From assembly GCF_000341395.1 (NCBI RefSeq), contig NC_020304.1, positions 2,340,001 to 2,372,000 of the forward strand: 32,000 nt of DNA, given 5' to 3'. The notes under the pieces are model-generated. The model was not told the origin of the DNA. It ran no database searches and saw only the letters and a list, made by a program, of their open reading frames with translations. The position numbers and the translations under genes were made by a program. Source of the stretch: Desulfocapsa sulfexigens DSM 10523 (GTDB lineage Bacteria > Desulfobacterota > Desulfobulbia > Desulfobulbales > Desulfocapsaceae). Below, piece after piece: positions 15,669-23,661 of the stretch. Each line of letters begins with the position of its first letter. Position 1 is the stretch's first letter.

Positions 15669-18323
15669 TCAAGAGGGTGGTAATGCCTTTCTGATAGCTT
15701 TGGCCAGGGCAAGTGTATCGATTGGTTTTCTGATATATTCGCGGATTCCAAGTAGCCTTGCCTGTGCTTCATTCATTGCCTCACTAAAGCCTGTACAGAG
15801 GATGATGGGCAGTTTCGGCTGGATAGCCAGCAGTTTCATGGCCAGATCTGTTCCTGTCATTTCCGGCATGGTCATGTCGGTGATAACCAGATCGAATTCC
15901 TCAGGATTCTTGCTATAGATCTTTAGTGCTTCAGTGGAACTGGAAACAACAGTCACCTTGTATCCCAAAATTCCCAGAATACGTTCCAGTAAATGGGTAA
16001 TAGCGGGCTCATCATCAACCAGCAGTATCCGTTCATCTCCTCCCGGAAGGGCATCGGTCAGTAACTGTTCTTTTTCCACCACGTGTTTGTCGATCACCGG
16101 CAGATAGATGTTGAATGTGGTTCCCTTGTTTACCGTGCTGGTAACAGTGATTTCCCCCTGATGTTGCTTGATTATGCCGTGAACCACGGATAGCCCAAGC
16201 CCGGTTCCCTTGCCTATCCCTTTGGTTGTGAAAAATGGATCAAATATATGTGTCCGGGTTAAAGTATCAATGCCGCAACCAGTATCACTGATTTCAAGGT
16301 CAAGATAAGTGCCATGTTCTATCTGCGGGCAATCGGCAATTGTTTCAGTTTCCGAGATCTGTTTTTCCGTTAATGAAACACTCAGGGTCCCGATTGCCCC
16401 TCCGATAGCATCCTTGGCATTGGTACAGAGGTTCATTAATACCTGATGAATCTGGGTCGGATCGGCTAGTACCTTGCCACAGGAAGGGGCGATGCTTTCT
16501 CTAAGCGTAATCGTTGTCGGAAGTGAGGCCCGCAGGAGTTTAAGAACTTCTTTTATGATGCTTTGGATGTTGAGGGGTTTTAGGATTTCCTCCCCCTGGC
16601 GACTGAAGGTGAGAATCTGTTTTACCAGGTCTGCAGCTCGTGTTCCAGCTATAAGGACCTGTTCGATGTCTTTTTTGACAGGGTCATCATCACCTAGTTG
16701 CTGTTTTGCTATTTCACTATAGCCAATCATGGCGGCAAGAATATTGTTGAAATCATGAGCAATGCCGCCAGCGAGGGTTCCGATTGCTTCCATTTTCATG
16801 GCCTGGCGCAGCTGTTTTTCCAGGGAGACTTCTTTGGTGACATTACGTTTGACGGCAACAAAATTGGTAATCCGGCCTTCATTATTTCTCACAGGAGAGA
16901 TGGTAGCCTCTTCCTCAAACAGAGAACCATCTTTTTTTCTGTTGATCAGGTGGCCCTTCCAGACTTTTCCCTGTTCGAGCTCAGCCCACATTTTCGCATA
17001 AAACTGCGAATCCTGTTTACCACTATTGAGGATTCGTGGGTTTTTTCCGATAGCTATATCGCGACTATAGCCGGTGAGTGTTTCAAAGGCAGGATTGACA
17101 TATTGGATAGTGCCATCCACATCGGTGATAACCACTGTTTCTGATGCCTGATCTATGGCAGCTTTTAATCGAATTCTGTCCTCTTCGGACTTTTTTATTG
17201 TCGTTATGTCTGTGGCAACGTGAACAATATGAGTGAGTTCGCCGCTCTCGTTTTTTACCGGAGAGGCAGAGACCAGGAATGTTTTCCCTAATTTTTTATG
17301 ATACATTTCTTTGGTGTAGGGAGAAAATGTTTTTGACGTTTGTACCAGTGGGCATCCAGGACAGGGCTGACTTGAGCCATGGAAGAGTTCGTAACAATGT
17401 CGTCCCTGAATTGCATTACTGGAAAGTCCCAGAGTGACACAGCCACTTGTGTTTGATTTGATAATGCACAGATCCGGGGTCTGCAGGGTTACTATGTCGG
17501 TGAGGGCGTTAAAAGTCCGTTCCCACTCTTTTTTACTGGTCCGTAAAGCCTTTTCCACAGTTACCTGTTTTGCTCTGGATCTTTTTATCTTTGTAACCAT
17601 CTGGTTGAAGGTGGCTGTCAGGCGACCAATTTCATCATGGGCAATTACCGGCAGCTCCTGAATTGCTTCTCCCCGCCCAAATTTGTCGGAAGCTATAGAC
17701 AGTGTTTGTAGAGGTTTACTCATGATCCTGGCGAAGAAGAATGCGGCCAACACCCCGAATAAACAGATAATGCTGGCTATACCAATTAATTGCATCCGAA
17801 GGGTTTGTATCTTTTGGAGGATGAACTTTTCACAAAGACCGATATGGAGTTCTCCCGCTATACCTTCCAGGAGCGGAACGGTGAGCTCATCAACGATGTT
17901 TTTATCGTTGTCGAATTGAAGATGGTTATACGAAAATGATTCCCCTTCAGTGAGGGGGTTAGCGGTCAGGAGAACTTTGGGAAATCCTTCTTTGCCAAAA
18001 GTATGGGCGAATACCTCTTTTTTGGTATCGACCACAAAAAGATACGCAATGTCTTTCTCTTTGCTTTTAATCTCAGAGAGCAATTGGTAAAGTTTGATCC
18101 TGTTGTCTGTAAAGATGAGGTCAACGCAATGGGTTGCCAGGTGGCGTGCGATGGTGAAGCCTCTTTCCCGGTGTTCAATGTGAAGTGCGTGACTAACTTT
18201 GGACTCAACAAAAAATATGGAAGCAATCCCCAGCATGATAACAACTCCACTGACAAGAAATGAAAACTTGTAACCGAGTGGCAGGTCACGGAGTCGTCTT
18301 CTTTTAAGGAGTTTACTGTTCAT
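15669..18323 (-). CDS. Hybrid sensor histidine kinase: TM, periplasmic domain, TM, HAMP, PAS, PAS, HisKA, HATPase, REC
   Basis: 884 aa. Two hydrophobic segments flank a ~140-aa extracytoplasmic region. HAMP (PLQTLSIASDKFGRGE...EIGRLTATFNQM), two PAS domains, H-box IAHDFNNIL, G-boxes (DTGCGI, GTGLGLS), and a REC domain with DLVITDMTMPEMTG. Confidence 0.9.
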   Translation of the reverse strand: MNSKLLKRRRLRDLPLGYKFSFLVSGVVIMLGIASIFFVESKVSHALHIEHRERGFTIARHLATHCVDLIFTDNRIKLYQLLSEIKSKEKDIAYLFVVDTKKEVFAHTFGKEGFPKVLLTANPLTEGESFSYNHLQFDNDKNIVDELTVPLLEGIAGELHIGLCEKFILQKIQTLRMQLIGIASIICLFGVLAAFFFARIMSKPLQTLSIASDKFGRGEAIQELPVIAHDEIGRLTATFNQMVTKIKRSRAKQVTVEKALRTSKKEWERTFNALTDIVTLQTPDLCIIKSNTSGCVTLGLSSNAIQGRHCYELFHGSSQPCPGCPLVQTSKTFSPYTKEMYHKKLGKTFLVSASPVKNESGELTHIVHVATDITTIKKSEEDRIRLKAAIDQASETVVITDVDGTIQYVNPAFETLTGYSRDIAIGKNPRILNSGKQDSQFYAKMWAELEQGKVWKGHLINRKKDGSLFEEEATISPVRNNEGRITNFVAVKRNVTKEVSLEKQLRQAMKMEAIGTLAGGIAHDFNNILAAMIGYSEIAKQQLGDDDPVKKDIEQVLIAGTRAADLVKQILTFSRQGEEILKPLNIQSIIKEVLKLLRASLPTTITLRESIAPSCGKVLADPTQIHQVLMNLCTNAKDAIGGAIGTLSVSLTEKQISETETIADCPQIEHGTYLDLEISDTGCGIDTLTRTHIFDPFFTTKGIGKGTGLGLSVVHGIIKQHQGEITVTSTVNKGTTFNIYLPVIDKHVVEKEQLLTDALPGGDERILLVDDEPAITHLLERILGILGYKVTVVSSSTEALKIYSKNPEEFDLVITDMTMPEMTGTDLAMKLLAIQPKLPIILCTGFSEAMNEAQARLLGIREYIRKPIDTLALAKAIRKALPPS

Positions 18324-19263
18324 TTGCTATCCATTGTTGCATGGTTCTGACAGTAGTATAGGCTGGATCTGGCACAACGATAAAGCGGTCAATCCTGAGT
18401 TCCTTAAGTATTTTCATGCCCGCACTGTCCTTATGCATAGTAAGAAAAATAGTACGCAGTTCTTCTTTCAGGTGGCTATTAAGTTCTTTGGGAACCACCA
18501 CAGGTGGAATGCCGTAGGGCTCTGATTTTGAAATGATTTTCGTTTGAGATGTGTGGAGAGGGGTACTATGATCCATGTAGTCCCAGATAAGGCTGTCAAC
18601 GGCAGCACCGTCCACCATTTTTTTTGCGACGGCTTCTATTGATCTGTCGTGGCTGTAGGTATAGGTGACGTGGGAGAAAAAGCTGTCGCTGTTTTCACCC
18701 TCTTTTGCCAGCATATAACTCGGTGATAATTTACCAGTGTTTGACAAGGGATCGGTAAAGGCGAATGATTTTCCGCGCAGATCATTCAGAGTCTGTGCCT
18801 CACTTTCCTTTGGTACAATAATATAGGAGTAATATACGGGCTTACCGGAAACCACGGGAACGACCAGTAACTCCATGCCAAAGTCGTCGTGGCCTTCTAC
18901 GTAGGCACCGGTACAGACAAATGCGGCATCCAGCTTGTTTTCTTTAAGAAGCGTGTTCACCTCTTCATAGGTTTCCCGTTGTACAAGTTGCACGGGAAGA
19001 GATGTCTTTACAGAAATATAGTTAAGGATTTCCTTATAGAACGAAAATGTCTCTGTTGGGGAGATCATTGCCGATACTGCAATCTTTAGAGTCTGTTCAT
19101 TTTCTACGGTAGTTTGCGGGGTATGGATTCGTTCACTTTTCTGAAGGGAAATTTTTTTAATATCCTGGGCTTGCTCACATCCGACGACTTCAGAGAGTAG
19201 GGCAATCAGAAAGACAAGCAGTAAAAGGAGGCGGCTTTTTGAGTACATGAATTGTCTATTCAT
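18313..19263 (-). CDS. Periplasmic PhnD/phosphonate-type substrate-binding-like protein, co-transcribed with the hybrid kinase
   Basis: 316 aa with a signal peptide (LLLLLVFLIALLSEVVGC). Family-like blocks: LKIAVSAMISP, DAAFVCTGAYV, FAFTDPLSNTGKL and IPPVVV. Its stop overlaps the kinase start by 11 nt. Confidence 0.7.
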   Translation of the reverse strand: MNRQFMYSKSRLLLLLVFLIALLSEVVGCEQAQDIKKISLQKSERIHTPQTTVENEQTLKIAVSAMISPTETFSFYKEILNYISVKTSLPVQLVQRETYEEVNTLLKENKLDAAFVCTGAYVEGHDDFGMELLVVPVVSGKPVYYSYIIVPKESEAQTLNDLRGKSFAFTDPLSNTGKLSPSYMLAKEGENSDSFFSHVTYTYSHDRSIEAVAKKMVDGAAVDSLIWDYMDHSTPLHTSQTKIISKSEPYGIPPVVVPKELNSHLKEELRTIFLTMHKDSAGMKILKELRIDRFIVVPDPAYTTVRTMQQWIANEQ

Positions 19264-19486
19264 TTGTATGTTTTTTGTCTGGTTTCTTGAATTGTAGCAG
19301 ATTATCAGACCAGAGAGTAATTGAATCCTACTTTAATCGGTTTCTTATCTCCAGTATTCCTTTCTAGTACAAAAAACGTCGGTATCGTCACACTCCCTAT
19401 AACCGTCACAAACAATCGTTTGAACACCACTTTATTATTACAGGAGGTTCTGATTTGAGTACCGGCTCCCTTTTCGTTTATCGCTA

Positions 19487-19870
19487 TCAGTGACTGTGTG
19501 CGCAGGGAACGGCTGTTTTTGAAGTTTTCATTATAACGGCTTCAAGTTCGGTTATTTCTTCATCCTGAAAGGCTATGAATCGCGGATGGAGTGCATATGC
19601 TTCCCGAAGGATCGTATTGTCCTTCAGAATCAAAATGAGACGAAACTCACTGAGGTCATTTCTTAGGCAAAGCAGTTCTTTTAAAACCTCTTTATCGGTT
19701 AAATAGAGGAGAAGTAAATCGCCGCTGCGCATCCTGAAGGCCAGGGGAGAAAGAAAAAGTGATCCTGCGGGGAGAACCGTCATGGATTGAAGAACCGGAA
19801 GTTCCAGCAATCGTTTTACGCACTGTCTAGCGGTCCTTGATCTACAGGTTGTATAAAAAAAAATATTCAT
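19487..19870 (-). CDS. Orphan 127-aa protein with no family recognised. The alternating strand/helix pattern suggests a receiver-like (flavodoxin-fold) domain without the phospho-acceptor pocket.
   Basis: ORF with plausible composition, directly downstream of a sigma-54 promoter. It has no Shine-Dalgarno, and the predicted transcription start coincides with the ATG. Confidence 0.5.
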   Translation of the reverse strand: MNIFFYTTCRSRTARQCVKRLLELPVLQSMTVLPAGSLFLSPLAFRMRSGDLLLLYLTDKEVLKELLCLRNDLSEFRLILILKDNTILREAYALHPRFIAFQDEEITELEAVIMKTSKTAVPCAHSH

Positions 19871-19881
19871 GCAGGCTGTTT

Positions 19882-19897
19882 AGCAAAAAACAGGCCA
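19882..19897 (-). promoter_or_regulatory. Sigma-54 (-24/-12) promoter
   Basis: The minus strand reads TGGCCTGTTTTTTGCT. GG and GC are separated by exactly 10 nt, as in the consensus TGGCAC-N5-TTGCW. It lies between the EBP gene and the 127-aa ORF. Confidence 0.6.
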
Positions 19898-19982
19898 CGT
19901 GGGAAGTTGGTCCGGGTTCTGTTGTTTTGTGAGTACTATCAGTATGATATGTGATTGATTGTTTGGCTGTTTTTTGAATAGA

Positions 19983-20034
19983 GTAGCTACAATAGCGACC
20001 AATGTCTATTATTGTAGCCATTGGATGGCTACAA
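19983..20034. promoter_or_regulatory. Candidate upstream activator sequence: perfect 10-bp inverted repeat plus a third TTGTAGC half-site
   Basis: TTGTAGCCAT-TGG-ATGGCTACAA at 20012-20034. GTAGCTACAA at 19983-19992 gives TTGTAGCTAC on the minus strand. The region is centred roughly 100-130 bp upstream of the -24/-12 element. Confidence 0.5.
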
Positions 20035-20073
20035 AAGCAGCCATTGATGTTCGGCAAAAGAAGAGTGAGTTAT

Positions 20074-21477
20074 TCAGGATGGATCAAGTAAGCCATGTTT
20101 TTCGCGTAACTGATAAAGGCGCGCTCTTGAGAGGTGGGAAATCTGACAGGCTACTGTTATGTTTCCATTGGTATGGCGCATGAGATCATAAATATATTGA
20201 CGCTCGTAATTATTTTTGTACTCACTCCAGGGGAGTGGTATGAGCTCTTCTGGTGTTTGAGAAACTTCCGGGGAAGAGTGGTGCGGCGGGGATGTGTGTA
20301 TTGCCGCTTGAGCCTGTTGGATACGGAAGTGTTCAGGCAGGTGATAGGCAAATAATGTGGGCGTCCTTACTGTGCTGGCGACTACCCGTTCCAGAGTCTG
20401 TTGCAATTCTCTTACGTTTCCGGGCCAGTCATAGGCGGTAAGGTGTTCTATGAAATCCGGTGAAATTCCCTGGTAATCAAGCTTTGATCGATCCCACATC
20501 CGGGCTAGAAAATATCTGATCAGGGGCTTAATGTCTTCCTTTCTGTCCCGCAGGGGAGGGAGGGCGCAAGAGAGGGCCCTTAAACGATACAGGAGGTCGT
20601 TTCGAAATGATCCATTGTTTATGCTGCTCTCTATATCAATGTTTGTTGCGGCAATGACTCTGAAGTCACTCTTTTTTTCATGGGTTGATCCAATGGGTCT
20701 ATAGCTGTGTTCCTGCAACACGCGTAAAAAGGTTTTCTGTACGTTCAGGGGAAGTTCTCCGACTTCGTCAAGAAACAGGGTTCCTCCATTGGCGAGTTGG
20801 ACAAGTCCTTCCCTGTTATTTTCAGCTCCTGTAAAAGAGCCTTTTACATATCCAAACAGAGTGCTTTCAATGAGATTTTCCGGGAGAGAGGCACAGTCAA
20901 CAGTTACAAAATTATGGTCTGCACGTCTACTGTTCTCGTGGATGGCCCTGGCAAAAAGTTCTTTTCCCGTCCCTGTTTCACCGGTAATTAAGACACTGGC
21001 ATCGGAAAGTGCCGCTTCAGCGACCCTGTCGAGGCATTTTGTGAGCTGGGGACTGTTTCCAATAATGGCGTCACGCTTGAGGACAAGTGGTATCTTTTCC
21101 GCTCTGTTTTTTTCTTTTTGATACTGCTCTACCCGTGCAATATGAAGGACTAATTCTTTAAGTACATGCGGTTTTTCGATGTAACCCCATGCCCCGCTAA
21201 CGATGGCCTTTTCTGCGCCGTCTTTATCACCCTTTCCAGTTATGATGATAACTTCTGGAGAGGATGACGCATTTTTAAATCTGGGAATGTATTCCAGGCC
21301 GTTGCCATCGGGGAGCTGGACGTCAAGTAGGACAATATCGTACTTTCCTGAAAGAACCTGCTGAAGTCCCTCGGTGAGAGTGGATGCACAGTCTGTCCTA
21401 TGTCCCGAGGACTGCAGTTGCCGGACAAGCATCTGCTGCAGCATAATATCGTCATCTACAATAAATATATCAGCCAT
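20074..21477 (-). CDS. Sigma-54-dependent response regulator (NtrC family: REC, AAA+, Fis-type HTH)
   Basis: REC with DIVLLDVQLPDGNG. Walker A GETGTGKE, GAFTGA variant GSFTGA, Walker B LFLDEVGEL. C-terminal HTH NGNITVACQISHLSRARLYQL. Confidence 0.92.
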   Translation of the reverse strand: MADIFIVDDDIMLQQMLVRQLQSSGHRTDCASTLTEGLQQVLSGKYDIVLLDVQLPDGNGLEYIPRFKNASSSPEVIIITGKGDKDGAEKAIVSGAWGYIEKPHVLKELVLHIARVEQYQKEKNRAEKIPLVLKRDAIIGNSPQLTKCLDRVAEAALSDASVLITGETGTGKELFARAIHENSRRADHNFVTVDCASLPENLIESTLFGYVKGSFTGAENNREGLVQLANGGTLFLDEVGELPLNVQKTFLRVLQEHSYRPIGSTHEKKSDFRVIAATNIDIESSINNGSFRNDLLYRLRALSCALPPLRDRKEDIKPLIRYFLARMWDRSKLDYQGISPDFIEHLTAYDWPGNVRELQQTLERVVASTVRTPTLFAYHLPEHFRIQQAQAAIHTSPPHHSSPEVSQTPEELIPLPWSEYKNNYERQYIYDLMRHTNGNITVACQISHLSRARLYQLREKHGLLDPS

Positions 21478-21501
21478 GAATAGCTACCGTTGAGAGGATG
21501 T

Positions 21502-23559
21502 TCATACCTTTCCTGTTTTTCTTTGTCTTTTAATCTTGTACATAGCCTGATCTGCCAGGCGCAGAAGAGATTCCATGTCTTCCTCCTTTTCTGGGTGGGA
21601 CTGGACAACCCCGATACTCAGGGACAGGGAAAAGGTTTCGTCGGAGTTCTTCCTCCACTGGCTTAGGTTGTCCTGGAAGCGATCCACTATGTTTTCCTTC
21701 TCTTTAGCTGATACGTCAAAGAGTAAAACTGCAAACTCGTCTCCGCCCAGTCGCCCGATAATATCAGTTTCTCTGTAGGTATTCATGAGGAGTTTTGCAG
21801 TTTCCTGAAGAACAAGATCCCCTTTTTCATGTCCAAACTCATCATTGATATGTTTCATGTTGTCCAGATCGGCAAAGAGCAGGAAAAGAATGTTTTTCTG
21901 GCGTTTTGCGAGACGAAGCATCTTTTCTGCACTGCGGATAAAACCACGTCGGTTCATCAGACCAGTCAGGGGATCAGTACGTGCCTGTTTTTTTAATTGT
22001 TGTTCAAATTCTTTACGGTCAGAGATGTCTTTGAAGTCTTCTATGATTCCAATGACCTTATTGTTGCTGTTCCGGTATGGTGTTGCTGTAATGATAAATG
22101 GTATCTTTCTGCCATTCGAGAACTCTTTGACTGACTCATATTCGATCCACTCCTCCCCTTCGCTTACTATACGCTCAAGAGGGCAATTACTTCCCATACA
22201 GGAGGGACCACCAAAAACTTCGTAGCACTTGAGGGCTAATACCTCCTGCTTCTCCATGTCACTCATGTGAAGGAAGCGTCCATTAACCCGTAGCACATTG
22301 TGGTCTTTATCCACCACACGCATACCATCAGCTGCAGTGTTGAAAATCTGCTCCATTTCTGCATGGGATTTACCGAGTTCTTTTTCGGCTTCCTTGAGCT
22401 GTGTCAGTTGAAAGAAAATTTTATTTGTGGACCAGCGATAGAGAAACAAAATAATAAAGATAAGTACGCTGCCTATAAAGTAGGAGATGATATAGCCACG
22501 CTCAATATAGGAAAAATTTGTATCCCTGGAATACCATGCCAGATATCCGATATCAGAATTGGTAATATTTTTTATAGGAAGGAACGAAACCAGGTAAGTC
22601 TGTCCGTCGACTTTCGTTGTTACGTTAAATGCTTCTCCACCCTGTAGCAGTTTTTCCGTATGGTTTTTGATCTTGTTGTCGATCGTATTCATGACTGCAG
22701 GAGGAATACCATCTGGATTGTGGAAATGGTTTTGTAGCTCTTCTGTATTGAGATCAGACTTTTGAATGAAGAAACGGCTGTTGAGGAAAGATGGTTGAAA
22801 ATTTGCCTTGCCCTCAGCGACTAATTTCTTCTCTGCAATCTCTTCTTTGACCAGAAGCTGATACCTGCCCTTTGACAGATTCTGGAGACTTTTACGGAAC
22901 TGTTGAAAGGAGATCCCGATTTCCGCACTTCCTAAAAATTTTTTCTCAGCATTAAAGAGAGGGTAGAGATAGCGAAAAGCATAAAAATGACGTCCCATTT
23001 CAAAGCCTTCAAGGAATTGTTGTTCCTGGGCAACGAGACGTATGCTTTCTCGTGTCTGAAGGAGATTGTCGCCGAACAGTTCTGGCTTATGCATTCGTAA
23101 AAAACTGTCTCCATTGGGGAGATGAAAATGAAGATGGAGAAAATCATTTTTTACAAGCATGAACATTGGCTGGATTTCAGCGAAAAGGTTCTGCCTCAGA
23201 GATATTTTATCCTCTTCAGAGGCCCCGCCTGCCTGCTCCATAAATGACAGAATTGGTGGTTGATTTACTTCAGTCTGGAAAAAAGAATTTGAGAGATCCC
23301 GATAATGTGAAAGAGTAAATTCAAGAACGGTCTCAAGTTCCGATGAAAATTGCTGTTGATAACTATACAGCACCTGTTTTTTGCCGTAGGACAGCAGTCC
23401 TGCCAGAATGAACTGTAACAGAATAAAGAGCAGCAGGTAGGTTAGAAATGAAAGCTGACGGGCAAAGGTGATCATGTAGTGTGAAGGGGTTGAAGATAGT
23501 CTCCAGAATGGTAAACAAAATTCTCTCTTCAGTAGCTCATACTTGGGAGAATAAATCAA
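21502..23559 (-). CDS. Membrane diguanylate cyclase: TM, Cache-type extracytoplasmic sensor, TM, PAS, GGDEF
   Basis: Cache-like block LHLHFHLPNGDSFLRMHKPELFGDNL and a second TM segment (YFIGSVLIFIILFLY). PAS domain and GGDEF domain with an intact GGDEF plus RETD I-site five residues upstream. The start is uncertain: TTG at 23559 or ATG 84 nt downstream, with no clear Shine-Dalgarno. Confidence 0.88.
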   Translation of the reverse strand: MIYSPKYELLKREFCLPFWRLSSTPSHYMITFARQLSFLTYLLLFILLQFILAGLLSYGKKQVLYSYQQQFSSELETVLEFTLSHYRDLSNSFFQTEVNQPPILSFMEQAGGASEEDKISLRQNLFAEIQPMFMLVKNDFLHLHFHLPNGDSFLRMHKPELFGDNLLQTRESIRLVAQEQQFLEGFEMGRHFYAFRYLYPLFNAEKKFLGSAEIGISFQQFRKSLQNLSKGRYQLLVKEEIAEKKLVAEGKANFQPSFLNSRFFIQKSDLNTEELQNHFHNPDGIPPAVMNTIDNKIKNHTEKLLQGGEAFNVTTKVDGQTYLVSFLPIKNITNSDIGYLAWYSRDTNFSYIERGYIISYFIGSVLIFIILFLYRWSTNKIFFQLTQLKEAEKELGKSHAEMEQIFNTAADGMRVVDKDHNVLRVNGRFLHMSDMEKQEVLALKCYEVFGGPSCMGSNCPLERIVSEGEEWIEYESVKEFSNGRKIPFIITATPYRNSNNKVIGIIEDFKDISDRKEFEQQLKKQARTDPLTGLMNRRGFIRSAEKMLRLAKRQKNILFLLFADLDNMKHINDEFGHEKGDLVLQETAKLLMNTYRETDIIGRLGGDEFAVLLFDVSAKEKENIVDRFQDNLSQWRKNSDETFSLSLSIGVVQSHPEKEEDMESLLRLADQAMYKIKRQRKTGKV

Positions 23560-23661
23560 GAAGTTGTTTTTTTTTTAGGCAATCTGACTAGGTGGTGTGT
23601 TTAAGAGTTAATACTCTCGCTTTCATGGAGTGATTGCACTGCTGTATAAGAAGAAAGCAGT

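Noticed and set aside
19276-19314. Sigma-54-like TGGTCTGATAATCTGCT on the minus strand upstream of the PhnD-like gene, with short GTCTG/CAGAC inverted repeats.
   Set aside because: The GG-to-GC spacing is 11 nt (one too long) and the stems are only 5-6 bp. It is kept only as context for the nearby TTGTAGC half-site.
19442-19493. Perfect AGGAGG followed 7 nt later by TTG, opening a 12-codon plus-strand ORF antisense to the end of the 127-aa gene.
   Set aside because: It is too short, has a non-ATG start, has no promoter or terminator signal, and is likely a chance match.
19842-20057. 71-aa minus-strand ORF covering the EBP-orphan intergenic region.
   Set aside because: It is composed largely of the palindromic repeats and the sigma-54 promoter and has no ribosome-binding site. 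A regulatory interpretation explains the sequence better.
23567-23576. T10 run upstream of the cyclase gene considered as a terminator for plus-strand transcription.
   Set aside because: No preceding GC-rich stem exists and no plus-strand gene ends there.
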